Positions 20,296 through 29,679 are shown, counted from the stretch's first letter. The stretch: DNA of 64,000 bases from an uncultured Candidatus Saccharibacteria bacterium (GCA_964423885.1 CAYRGD010000001.1:160660-224659), one strand, 5' to 3'. Numbers and translations: made by a program. Notes: generated by a model from the sequence alone, not told the origin.

Positions 20296-20314
20296 GAGGG
20301 AGCGGCAACTATCT

Positions 20315-22231
20315 ATGAAACACATCACGCTCGTACAACGGATCAGCACCCTGGGTCTCGCAGTCGTCTTGGCGTTCGGCCAAGTCGTCCTGCCGGTCGT
20401 TGCCAGGGCAGATGACGCAGTATTGGCGCCTCGAGGCCCTCAAGGCGTTGTCGGCCCGCAGGGTCCTACCGGACCACAAACGCCGACCGGCCCGAAAGGT
20501 CAGACCGGCGTCCAGCCGATTACTCAACCGACGGATCCTGCCCTTGTCCCGTCGTCCGGTACGCAACCGGCCGTAGCGGCCGACACGCTCGCGCCGTCCG
20601 GCGATACCGCCATGTCGAACGAGACGACCGGAAGCAACTCTGCCAACAGCAATGCCCAGCAGACGACGAACACAGCGGATATCACCAATACGAACGATGC
20701 TTCGGTCGGGAACGATATCAACCTCAATGCGACGAGCGGCGCGAACACGATCAGCCAGAACACGCTCGGCGGCAATATCGCCACCGGCGACCTGCAAGGC
20801 TCGATCAACCTGCTCAATGTCACGAACTCGGTCTTCGCCCCTGGTAGCAGTGTGGGTGTCCAGTCACTCGCGGGCGGAGCGAACGACCTGTATCTCTTGG
20901 CGTCGGACGGCCGCACCTTGTTGCCGACCAACGACACCACCGGCGCGAATTCAGCGAACACCAATACTATCGACGGCACGAACGTGGTTCATTTCATTAC
21001 CGCGAACACGTCAGACGTCGACAACGATGTCACGATCGTGGCGGATACGGGAAACAACGTCGTCACGGAAAACTCATCGCTCGGCGATTTCATGACCGGC
21101 AGCATCGATATGGCGCTCAACCTCATCAATCTCATTAACCTGCAGCTGCCCAACTTGCTCGTGAACTTGGATATCTGGTCGATCTTCGGCGACGTGACCG
21201 GCAACCTCATCTTGCCGACGAACAGCACGACCGGATCGAATTCGCTGAACCAAAACGCGGTCAATCAGACCAATACCGCGGCTGTCGACCTGACGCAGAC
21301 TGCTGATGTGGCCAACGGCTTCAACGTCAAGACGAATACCGGCGGCAACACGATCGACCAGAATACGGTGGTCGGCAACGTGACGACCGGCGACGTCGAT
21401 GTGAAAGGCGGTGTCACAACCGTTGCGAATGCCGGCCAGCCAGTGCTGTACCTCATCAATGTGTTGGGAAAGTGGATCGGCCAGGCGTTCCTGCCGGGTG
21501 TCGGCGTGATCGTGAACGAGCTCGGCAACAGCGATACCGGCGCGAACTCCGAAAACACGAATACGGTCGACCAGACCAACGAGCTGACGGCTAGCGTGGA
21601 TCAGACCGCGACAGTCAATAACTCGATCAACCTCGACCTCAATACCGGAAACAATACCGTCGCCCGGAACTCGAAGGTCGGCGACATTTCTACCGGCGCG
21701 ATCAACGTGATGGCGAACGTCGTCAACTTCGTCAATTCTTTCGGCGGCGATCTGTCGCAATTCTCGCTGGGTATCGTGAACGTGTTCGGCAACTGGTTCG
21801 GGAATGCGGCGACTGCCGGATCGACGGCCAGCGCACTCGGGGAAACCGGCGCAGCTGCAACTGCGGATCAGGCACCGGGGCAGACGGCTGCCAGCGCGCA
21901 ATCGGACGCGGGCCAGACCGAAACCCAAGCAGTCGCTGCGTACGCCTCGGACGCGAGTGCGTCAGGCCAGGCTGTTTCGACTACCGTTGCCGCGACAACC
22001 GCTCCTGCAGCGACTACTGCTGCGGTGGATACGCAGCAGATCGCCTCTGCCCAGGTACTTGGCGCATCGAACACGCTTGCCGACGTACTGCCGCAGGTGG
22101 CGGGTTCGTCCGACCGCAAGGCAAGCGGCAGCGCGTTACCGTGGCTGGTTGCAGGCGCGGTGCTGCTCGCTGGCTGGGTCTTCGTCGAAGTCATGGCCGC
22201 CCGAACCTTGAAGCGCCAAGCAGGACGATAG
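20315..22231 (+). CDS. Large secreted repeat protein (collagen-like stretch, 4 repeats, Ala/Thr stalk, LPQVAG + TM + basic tail)
   Basis: Signal peptide, GPQ triplets, four ~70-aa repeats, sorting-signal-like C-terminus ending RTLKRQAGR. Confidence 0.88.
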   Translation: MKHITLVQRISTLGLAVVLAFGQVVLPVVARADDAVLAPRGPQGVVGPQGPTGPQTPTGPKGQTGVQPITQPTDPALVPSSGTQPAVAADTLAPSGDTAMSNETTGSNSANSNAQQTTNTADITNTNDASVGNDINLNATSGANTISQNTLGGNIATGDLQGSINLLNVTNSVFAPGSSVGVQSLAGGANDLYLLASDGRTLLPTNDTTGANSANTNTIDGTNVVHFITANTSDVDNDVTIVADTGNNVVTENSSLGDFMTGSIDMALNLINLINLQLPNLLVNLDIWSIFGDVTGNLILPTNSTTGSNSLNQNAVNQTNTAAVDLTQTADVANGFNVKTNTGGNTIDQNTVVGNVTTGDVDVKGGVTTVANAGQPVLYLINVLGKWIGQAFLPGVGVIVNELGNSDTGANSENTNTVDQTNELTASVDQTATVNNSINLDLNTGNNTVARNSKVGDISTGAINVMANVVNFVNSFGGDLSQFSLGIVNVFGNWFGNAATAGSTASALGETGAAATADQAPGQTAASAQSDAGQTETQAVAAYASDASASGQAVSTTVAATTAPAATTAAVDTQQIASAQVLGASNTLADVLPQVAGSSDRKASGSALPWLVAGAVLLAGWVFVEVMAARTLKRQAGR

Positions 22232-22237
22232 CGATTG

Positions 22238-22816
22238 ATGCTCAAACGGTTGCTGCTTGGTTCACTCATTACGCTCGGCTTGATACTTGCATGGCACGGC
22301 CCGCTTCTGGCGGGCCTCCTGCGTCCTCGCCTGTACGACGCCGGACTTGTCCGCTCGACTGATGCCGAGATCGGACCCGACGAACTGCGGTACGACCGGC
22401 TTGGGATCCGTGCCCCCGTTTCGGTCGACGCGGATACGAGTCCGCTGGTCGAATCCGATTGGTCGAAGATCACGCAATCGCTCATGGAAGGTGTAAGCCT
22501 GTCGTACGAGGGCGACACGTTCACCGATGCCCGGCTCGCGTTCGTGACGGGACATTCGAGCGACGCGACGCGACATGCGTTCGACAGCGTCTTTGCCGGC
22601 CTCGGCCAAGCGGCGCCAGGCGACACGTTCACGCTTGCGGTCGACGGCGAGCGGTTCGACTACCGGGTCGTGGATCGCCGGACCATTGCGCCAGCCGATG
22701 CCGACGCGTTCCGGCTCCTTGCCCCGAGCGACGATTCGGACCGTGTCGCCCTGGTAACCTGTTGGCCTCCGCTTACCACGAAGACCCGTATGGTTGTCAT
22801 CGGCGTACGGCTCTGA
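22238..22816 (+). CDS. Sortase
   Basis: N-terminal TM; GHSS; LVTCWPPLTTKTR completes the His/Cys/Arg triad. Confidence 0.9.
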   Translation: MLKRLLLGSLITLGLILAWHGPLLAGLLRPRLYDAGLVRSTDAEIGPDELRYDRLGIRAPVSVDADTSPLVESDWSKITQSLMEGVSLSYEGDTFTDARLAFVTGHSSDATRHAFDSVFAGLGQAAPGDTFTLAVDGERFDYRVVDRRTIAPADADAFRLLAPSDDSDRVALVTCWPPLTTKTRMVVIGVRL

Positions 22817-22851
22817 TAGAGATACGGTATCCGAACCAAGGAGGTCTGTGC

Positions 22852-24009
22852 ATGAACCTGCCCGTCCGCCTGCTCATAGTGGCAGTACTCTTCTCGGCCG
22901 TTGTATCCCCTGCTTCGACCAGCGCCCGCGACACGTCCACCCGGCGTTCGATCGTCGTACTCAAATCGAAGGCAGCCCACGACCGCGTGAAGAAGGCGGT
23001 GGCCTTGTCATCCGAGATCGAGGAGATCGCCGACCTGTCGGGCCAGCAGGCACTGGTCACCGAACTCTCCGACGCATCGAAACGGGATCTTGCTCGCAAC
23101 CCCGATGTGCTACGGATCGACGAGGATATCGAACTGTCGGCGGACAGCATCCGGACCGCACCGCAGACGGTGCCGTGGGGCATCGACCGGATCCATGCGC
23201 CGGCCGCGTGGAGTGCCGACACGGGAACGGGTATCGACGTGGCGGTGATCGACACCGGTGTCGACCTCGACCATCCCGACCTGCTGCCGAACATCGGCTC
23301 GGGTATCAATATCGTGAAGCCGAAACGCGCTCCCGACGACGACAACGGCCATGGTACGCATGTGGCCGGGATTATCGGTGCTGCCAGTAATGCGGTCGGG
23401 GTGGTCGGCGTCGCGCCGACTGTCCGGATCCACCCGGTCAAGGTGCTCAAGAGCAACGGAACAGGCTATCTGTCGGATATCATCGCGGGCATTGATTGGG
23501 CGATTGCCAACGGTATGGATGTGATCAATCTGAGTCTTGGTGCCGCGCAGGATATCCCGTCGCTCCATGACGCCGTGCAGCGCGCCGACCGTGCCGGTAT
23601 CGTCGTCGTGGCTGCGGCCGGTAATTCCGGCGGCCCAGTGATGTATCCGGCAGCGTATCCCGAGGTGATCGCGGTCGGTATGATCGGCCAGGACGGCAGT
23701 GTTGACCGGATGTCCTCGCGCGGACCCCAGCTCGACCTGGTTGCTCCCGGGGCAGCGGTCTACTCCACCTATCGTGGCAAGACCTACCGCACCATGACCG
23801 GCACCTCGATGGCCTCGCCTCATGTGGTAGGCGTGGCCGCCCTCCTATTGGCTCGACCGGCTGCCTGCGATACCGACGGCGACGGGCGCTGCTCACGCGA
23901 CGAAGTGGCCCGCCGCCTGGAACGGACCGCGACCGATCTCGGTTCCGCAGGCCGGGATGATGCGTCGGGCTTCGGCCTGGTGAACGCGCAGGCCGCCCTC
24001 GGCTTCTAG
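22852..24009 (+). CDS. Secreted subtilisin-like S8 serine peptidase with propeptide
   Basis: VIDTGVD, HGTHVAG, AAAGN, GTSMASPHV; AAGGAGG SD before ATG 22852. Confidence 0.95.
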   Translation: MNLPVRLLIVAVLFSAVVSPASTSARDTSTRRSIVVLKSKAAHDRVKKAVALSSEIEEIADLSGQQALVTELSDASKRDLARNPDVLRIDEDIELSADSIRTAPQTVPWGIDRIHAPAAWSADTGTGIDVAVIDTGVDLDHPDLLPNIGSGINIVKPKRAPDDDNGHGTHVAGIIGAASNAVGVVGVAPTVRIHPVKVLKSNGTGYLSDIIAGIDWAIANGMDVINLSLGAAQDIPSLHDAVQRADRAGIVVVAAAGNSGGPVMYPAAYPEVIAVGMIGQDGSVDRMSSRGPQLDLVAPGAAVYSTYRGKTYRTMTGTSMASPHVVGVAALLLARPAACDTDGDGRCSRDEVARRLERTATDLGSAGRDDASGFGLVNAQAALGF

Positions 24010-24082
24010 TGATAGCCCGCCGGACCGGCGCCACGCCTCTCCCTTGTGGCGCACCGCTGTAAGCGGCTACACTATACCCGAT

Positions 24083-24169
24083 GCCGCGGTGGCGGAACTG
24101 GCAGACGCAACGGACTCAAAATCCGTCGACCGCAAGGTCATGTGGGTTCGACTCCCACCCGCGGCACCA
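24083..24169 (+). tRNA. tRNA-Leu(CAA)
   Basis: GCCGCGG acceptor stem, anticodon arm ACGGA-CTCAAAA-TCCGT, long variable arm, GTTCGA, encoded CCA. Confidence 0.96.
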
Positions 24170-24172
24170 CTA

Positions 24173-24541
24173 CTACTGGCGCAGGATCTTCTCCATGGGC
24201 CTGCCCTTCGCCAGTTCGTCGATCAACTTATCCATATAGCGTACCTCACGCATCAGATCGTCCGTGATCTCTTCGAGCCGGACGCCGCAGATCACCCCGG
24301 TGATCTGCGTTCGTGCAGGGTTCATCGTGGGCGCTTCGGCAAAGAATGTCTCCAAATCAACCTCTCGCGCAATCTGCTTGTCGAGTCCTGCCTTTGTGTA
24401 GCCGGTCAGCCAGGCAATAACCTCGTCGACTTCTGCTTTTGTCCGCCCCTTCCGTTCGGCTTTGGTGATATAGAGCGGATAGACGCTTGAAAAACGTATC
24501 GCATAGACCCGCCGGTTTTTCGCATCGTCGCCTTGTTTCAT
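24173..24541 (-). CDS. DUF2200-family protein
   Basis: [54 protein letters not shown]. Confidence 0.85.
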   Translation of the reverse strand: MKQGDDAKNRRVYAIRFSSVYPLYITKAERKGRTKAEVDEVIAWLTGYTKAGLDKQIAREVDLETFFAEAPTMNPARTQITGVICGVRLEEITDDLMREVRYMDKLIDELAKGRPMEKILRQ

Positions 24542-25149
24542 GGGAATGGTGCCGCTCCTTGGCGGATGATCACGGGCGGTGTACAGGTAAGGTCGACTAT
24601 GGTCGAAGGCGGTATGTCCGGCAAGGTGCCGGCGTCAAGGACAAGGTCGGGCAGATTGCTAGACTCCTGTACTCCAAGGAATTCTTCTCGGATCGCTTCG
24701 TATGAATAGAGCGCCGGTTCGCCAGTCAGATTGGCGCTGGTGCTGATGAACGGGGCGCCGAACGCCACCGCCAACTGCCGGGTCACCTCGTGGTCGGGAA
24801 CACGGATCCCGACAGTGTTCGAACCGAGCAACTGCAGATCGGCGGCCAGGAGCACGAACGTGAACGGCCCTGGAAGAGAGCGCTCCAGCGCTGCGCGTTG
24901 GCTGTCGGTCAGGATCGCGACCCGCTCGATGCCCGCTATACCATTCACGATCACGGAATATTTTTTGCGTTCGTCACGGCGCTTCATTGCAGCGATACGC
25001 GCGACCGCCCGCGTGTTGTGCGGATCCGCGCCGATGCCGTAGCAGGTGTCCGTTGGGTAGACGATCACCCCGCCCTTACGAAGAACGTCGGATGCCGCCG
25101 CAATGGCTGCCGGGTCAGGATGCGCGGGATTGATCGGCACTACAGTCAT
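24538..25149 (-). CDS. tsaC: L-threonylcarbamoyladenylate synthase (YrdC/Sua5 family)
   Basis: [36 protein letters not shown]. Confidence 0.93.
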   Translation of the reverse strand: MTVVPINPAHPDPAAIAAASDVLRKGGVIVYPTDTCYGIGADPHNTRAVARIAAMKRRDERKKYSVIVNGIAGIERVAILTDSQRAALERSLPGPFTFVLLAADLQLLGSNTVGIRVPDHEVTRQLAVAFGAPFISTSANLTGEPALYSYEAIREEFLGVQESSNLPDLVLDAGTLPDIPPSTIVDLTCTPPVIIRQGAAPFP

Positions 25150-25193
25150 TTACTGGTAGCGTACCAAGGAGTCTGGTACCATACCAGCCACAC

Positions 25194-25269
25194 GGGCCCA
25201 TAGCTCAGTTGGTAGAGCGCGGCATTCGCATTGCCGAGGTCAGGAGTTCGAATCTCCTTGGGTCCACCA
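25194..25269 (+). tRNA. tRNA-Ala(CGC)
   Basis: 76 nt; G3:U70 pair, anticodon arm CGGCA-TTCGCAT-TGCCG, GTTCGA, CCA. Confidence 0.96.
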
Positions 25270-25286
25270 AACACCACCAAACCCCC

Positions 25287-25667
25287 ATGGCAACGAACAA
25301 TCCAGATTTTCATACGGCCCTACAATCGCTGCTCGATGCAATATCGAACCGTGATTTTGAACGGTACAAGGCGCACATTACGAAAAACCACACGCTGTAT
25401 ACGATTGTCCAAAACGGACAGGCGTTTACGACGTCGCAGGAATTACTTGCTATGCACGAGGCATGGTTCAAGGATCCGCACTGGATATGGGAGGGCTCTG
25501 TTATTCGCACCGATGTGGGTCAGGATATGGCAATGGCCATCATCAAGTACGAGTACCGAGCGAAAAAGGAAGACGCACCGTCGAGCACGTGGCTGACCTA
25601 TGTGTTCCGGCTCGAAGATGGGGAGTGGCGTCTCATACATGACCACAATACCGCGCTGAATGCGTAG
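25287..25667 (+). CDS. NTF2/SnoaL-like fold protein
   Basis: 126 aa ending TYVFRLEDGEWRLIHDHNT; start moved out of the tRNA. Confidence 0.8.
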   Translation: MATNNPDFHTALQSLLDAISNRDFERYKAHITKNHTLYTIVQNGQAFTTSQELLAMHEAWFKDPHWIWEGSVIRTDVGQDMAMAIIKYEYRAKKEDAPSSTWLTYVFRLEDGEWRLIHDHNTALNA

Positions 25668-25691
25668 ACGGTTATGCGTACATCTGCCACT

Positions 25692-25714
25692 AAGCCCCTG
25701 AACGGGTCTTTTTT
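25692..25714 (+). terminator. Possible weak intrinsic terminator
   Basis: Short bulged hairpin AAGCCC..GGGTCTT followed by a T-run. Confidence 0.35.
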
Positions 25715-25743
25715 TCTGCCCGATTGTCCGCTATAGCAGGAAC

Positions 25744-26838
25744 ATGGATCAAGCAGCTTCCCTTGAACGGACGAGTGAACTGTTAGGCGTGGATACGCAG
25801 AACATGCTCCAAACCGTCCACGACGTTCCAGACCAGATCGTATCCGGTTGGAGCTCGATGGCGCAGGTGACGTTGCCGACGCACTACGTGCAGGCGACGG
25901 GCGTCTACATTCTTGGCCGGGGGGCGAGTGCGCTGGCCGGAGCGTATGTTAAGCGCCTTGGGGCAGAAGCCAGTAGCGTGCCGATCGACCATGGCGGCTC
26001 CGCGACACTTCCGGCGTATGTGAACGGCCGCACCTTGGTGGTCGCCGTAAGTTACAGCGGCCAGACGCCGGAGATCGTCCGCGGCTTCGCTGAAGCGGCC
26101 GAACGGGGTTGCAAACTGTTCGCCATCACGACCGGGGGCGAGCTGGGCGCGCTCTGCCGCAAGCATCGGGCGCCTTGGTACCAGATCCAGTACGGCGCGC
26201 TTCCCCGCGCGGCGTTCGGGTATCTGTTCGCTCCCCTGCTCGAGGCGCTCACGCGGCTGGGATTCCTCGATAAAAAGGCGCTCAAGTTCGAGCAGTCCGC
26301 CGCGGCGCTCTACGACTACGCGGCCCGGCTCGACCCGGCGCTGCCGGTCAACCAGAACCCGGCCAAGACGCTAGCCACGAAGCTCAGTGGACGGCAGCTA
26401 TTCCTCGTCGCGAGCGACCGCTGCCAACCCGTGGCCGACCGTTGGGTGGCGCAGCTTGCCCAGAACGCCAAGTACCTGGCGTGGAGCGAACCGATCCAAA
26501 CCGTCCAGCATGCCACGGTCGAACGGTTCGGCGCGTTCGGCGGACCACAGTCCGGCATTTATACCGTCAACTTCCGCAGCAATCACGACACCCAGGCGGA
26601 TGCCCTGGCCTTGAACGGCATCGAACAGCTCCTGTCGCTCGCGAAACTGCCCGGCGAGGAGTTATTGCTCGACGGCGACGGGACGCTCTTGCAGGAACTG
26701 CTTATCTATACGCTGCTCGGCGATTACGTGAGCGTCTACCTTGCGCTGCTTGCGCGTACGGATCCATCGCCCACGCCGCAGCTCGACGAGCTTACGGAAC
26801 GCTTGGGCGGCGGCCGTATCTACGACCGGCGGCGTTGA
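25744..26838 (+). CDS. Bifunctional phosphoglucose/phosphomannose isomerase-like SIS protein (divergent)
   Basis: SYSGQTPE, ITTGGEL, PRAAFGY, NPAK, QNAK, GDYVSVYLA; lies next to eno. Confidence 0.8.
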   Translation: MDQAASLERTSELLGVDTQNMLQTVHDVPDQIVSGWSSMAQVTLPTHYVQATGVYILGRGASALAGAYVKRLGAEASSVPIDHGGSATLPAYVNGRTLVVAVSYSGQTPEIVRGFAEAAERGCKLFAITTGGELGALCRKHRAPWYQIQYGALPRAAFGYLFAPLLEALTRLGFLDKKALKFEQSAAALYDYAARLDPALPVNQNPAKTLATKLSGRQLFLVASDRCQPVADRWVAQLAQNAKYLAWSEPIQTVQHATVERFGAFGGPQSGIYTVNFRSNHDTQADALALNGIEQLLSLAKLPGEELLLDGDGTLLQELLIYTLLGDYVSVYLALLARTDPSPTPQLDELTERLGGGRIYDRRR

Positions 26839-26863
26839 CAGTCAGGGGCTGGTTCCGGACAAT
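26835..26863 (+). promoter_or_regulatory. Promoter TTGACA-17-GACAAT for eno-gpmI
   Basis: Consensus -35 with a 17-bp spacer. Confidence 0.5.
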
Positions 26864-26884
26864 ACGGCAAAGATCGGAGGGACT

Positions 26885-28090
26885 ATGGCATCGATTCGGA
26901 CACTTCAAGCCCGAAGTATCCTTGATTCCCGGGGTAACCAGACGCTCGAAGTCGACCTGACGCTGGACGACGGCACGGTCGGCCGTGCATCGGTCCCGGC
27001 CGGCGCATCAACCGGCATCCACGAAGCCGTCAGGATCGACGACATGGCCCGGGCGGTTACGAATGCGCAGGCGCTCGGCGAGCGGTTGGCAGGCCAGGAT
27101 CCGGCCCAGCAGGAACGGATCGACCTGGCGCTGCTCGAAGCCGACGGCACCGACGACAAGAGTAAGCTTGGCGGCAACGTGCTGCTCGCGGTATCGATCG
27201 CCTCGTGCGTCGCCGCGGCCGCATCGCTGAAGCGGCCGCTCTACGAGCACATCGCGGCCGTCGCCGACCAAAAGACTCCGCCAGGACTGCCCACGCCGAT
27301 GTTCAATATCATCAACGGCGGCAAGCATTCCGACAACAAGCTTGAGATCCAAGAATTCATGGTCGTGCCGGCCAACGACCGCCGGCCGTTCCGCGACAAG
27401 CTTACGATCGGCCGTGAGCTGTACCAGGCGCTCAAGGCGATGCTCCAGGATATGGGCCAGACGACAGCGGTCGGCGACGAGGGCGGGTTTGCGCCCCGGT
27501 TGACGTCGAACATCGAGGCGGTCGAGTTGCTCGTCCGTGTCATCGAAAACTCGCCGTACAAGCCGCGGACCGACGTCTCGATCGGGATCGACGTGGCAGC
27601 CAGTTCGATTCCCGACCTGGCGGCGGTCACCTACCCGCTCGACCCGATCTCGTTCTACGAGAAACTCGTCAACGACTATCCGGTTTCGATCATCGAGGAT
27701 CCGCTGACTGAAGACGACTGGCAGGGCTGGGCGGCGCTCAACGCGCGGATCGGCAGCCGCGTGGTACTCGTCGGCGACGACCTGTATACGACGAACCCGA
27801 AGCGGCTCAAAGAGGGTATCGACAAGCGGGCGACGAACGCGGTGCTTATCAAGCCCGACCAGATTGGCACGCTGACCGAAACGTTCCAGACGATGCGGCT
27901 GGCCCACGAGGCGGGCTTCACCCGTGTCGTATCCCACCGTTCGGGCGAGACGGAATCGAGCTTCCTGGCCGACCTGGCCGTCGGTACCGGCGCCGAGTTC
28001 TTGAAAGACGGCGCCCCGGCCCGCGGCGAACGTGTCGCGAAGTACAACCAATTATTGCGGATCGCCGAGCAGCTCGAACGGGAGGGGTGA
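26885..28090 (+). CDS. eno: Enolase
   Basis: ILDSRGN, PAGASTG, VGDEGGFAP, VGDDL, SHRSGET, ERVAKYNQLLRI. Confidence 0.97.
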   Translation: MASIRTLQARSILDSRGNQTLEVDLTLDDGTVGRASVPAGASTGIHEAVRIDDMARAVTNAQALGERLAGQDPAQQERIDLALLEADGTDDKSKLGGNVLLAVSIASCVAAAASLKRPLYEHIAAVADQKTPPGLPTPMFNIINGGKHSDNKLEIQEFMVVPANDRRPFRDKLTIGRELYQALKAMLQDMGQTTAVGDEGGFAPRLTSNIEAVELLVRVIENSPYKPRTDVSIGIDVAASSIPDLAAVTYPLDPISFYEKLVNDYPVSIIEDPLTEDDWQGWAALNARIGSRVVLVGDDLYTTNPKRLKEGIDKRATNAVLIKPDQIGTLTETFQTMRLAHEAGFTRVVSHRSGETESSFLADLAVGTGAEFLKDGAPARGERVAKYNQLLRIAEQLEREG

Positions 28091-28094
28091 CAGT

Positions 28095-29675
28095 ATGACA
28101 CGGCAGCGGTTGATCCTGATGGTCTTGGACGGGTTCGGCCTATCCCCCGCTACCCGGGGCAATGCCACCTACATGGCCAAAACGCCCAATCTCGACCGTC
28201 TGATCGCCGAATATCCCTATACGGCCCTTACCGCCCACGGCGCCGAGGTCGGCCTGTCGTGGGGCGAGATGGGTAATTCCGAGGTCGGCCACATGAACCT
28301 GGGCGCGGGGCGTGTCATGCTGCAGGAGGCGACGCGGATCAGCAACGCGATTACGACCGGCACGTTCGCTGACAACGAAGCGCTCCGTGCAGCCTGCGAG
28401 ACAGCCAAACGGACGGGTGCGACGCTCCATCTTATCGGCATCGTCTCGCCTGGTGGCGTCCATGGCCACATCGACCACTTGGTCGCCAGTATCGAACTGG
28501 CGCACCGCGAAGGGGTGGGAGCAGTCTCGCTCCACCTCATCGCCGACGGCCGGGACGCGACGCCGAAGTCATTCGAGAAGTTTTTTCCGAAGCTCGATGC
28601 GGTCGCCCGGCAGGCCGGTGCCAAGTACGCGACCCTGATGGGGCGCTACTACGCCATGGACCGCGACCGCCGGTGGGACCGCGTCCAGGCGGCGTACCAG
28701 GCGATGGTCGTGGGTCAGGGGCAGACCGCCACGACAGTTCCCGAGGCGCTCGCCGCCGCGTACGCACGGAACGAAACCGACGAGTTCATTACACCCACGG
28801 TGATCGATCCGGGCAATGCGGCGTTACGGATCAAGAACGGCGACGTCGTGGTCTTTACCAACTACCGCCCCGACCGCGCCCGACAGTTGTCGCTTGCGCT
28901 CGCCGGTAAGGAATTCAACGGGTTCACCCGTACGCCGCTCGATCTGACCTTCGTCACCTTCAGCGAGTACGGCGTCGAGCTGCGCAACAACACCGTCGCT
29001 TTTCCCGAAGAACCGATCCAGAACCAGCTGGCTCAGGTGTTATCGGATGCCAACCTGCGGCAATTGCACCTGGCCGAGACCGAAAAGTACGCCCACGTGA
29101 CGTACTTCTTCAACGGCGGCCAGGAACAGGCGTTCCCGCTCGAAAAGCGGATGCTCGTCGAATCGCCCAAGGTGCCGACGTACGACCAGGCGCCGGCGAT
29201 GGCAGCCCGCGAGATCACGACGACCTTGCTCGAGGCCTACCAGGCCGACGGGTTCGATGTGGCGATCGTCAATTACGCGAACGGTGACATGGTCGGCCAC
29301 ACGGGCAATCTGCAGGCGACCATCGAAGGGATCGAGACGATCGACGAGGCGTTCGGTGCGATTGCGGCTGCGGTCGAGCACGCCGGCGACATTCTGCTCA
29401 TTACCGCCGACCATGGCAATGCCGAACAGAAGATTCATCCGGACACCGGCGAGATCGACAAGGAACACACCGCGAACCCGGTTCCCTTGCTACTCGTCGA
29501 CCCTAAGTACCGGCACCGGCCGCAAAGCGGCGACGTGAAACTGGCGTTCATGTCGACCCAAGCTATCGGGATCCTGGCCGACGTCGCACCGACGATCCTC
29601 GAACTGCTCCACGTGCCCCAACCGAAGGACATGACCGGCCAAAGCTTGCTCCCCGTCTTAAAGCGCGCCCGGTAA
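28095..29675 (+). CDS. gpmI: 2,3-BPG-independent phosphoglycerate mutase
   Basis: LDG, MGNSEVGH, DGRD, GRYYAMDRD, RPDR, ETEKYAHVT, DMVGH and ADHGN all intact. Confidence 0.96.
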   Translation: MTRQRLILMVLDGFGLSPATRGNATYMAKTPNLDRLIAEYPYTALTAHGAEVGLSWGEMGNSEVGHMNLGAGRVMLQEATRISNAITTGTFADNEALRAACETAKRTGATLHLIGIVSPGGVHGHIDHLVASIELAHREGVGAVSLHLIADGRDATPKSFEKFFPKLDAVARQAGAKYATLMGRYYAMDRDRRWDRVQAAYQAMVVGQGQTATTVPEALAAAYARNETDEFITPTVIDPGNAALRIKNGDVVVFTNYRPDRARQLSLALAGKEFNGFTRTPLDLTFVTFSEYGVELRNNTVAFPEEPIQNQLAQVLSDANLRQLHLAETEKYAHVTYFFNGGQEQAFPLEKRMLVESPKVPTYDQAPAMAAREITTTLLEAYQADGFDVAIVNYANGDMVGHTGNLQATIEGIETIDEAFGAIAAAVEHAGDILLITADHGNAEQKIHPDTGEIDKEHTANPVPLLLVDPKYRHRPQSGDVKLAFMSTQAIGILADVAPTILELLHVPQPKDMTGQSLLPVLKRAR

Positions 29676-29679
29676 CCCG

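Noticed and set aside
22459-22851. N-terminal extension of the S8 peptidase ORF
   Set aside because: It overlaps the sortase in another frame; the SD and signal peptide begin at 22852
24044-25286. ORFs 24044-24490 and 24046-24267, and the 25209 start
   Set aside because: They read through tRNA genes or lie antisense to DUF2200
24083-25714. Integrative element at tRNA-Leu or tRNA-Ala
   Set aside because: No integrase and no duplicated tRNA 3' end seen; the single small NTF2-like gene is insufficient evidence
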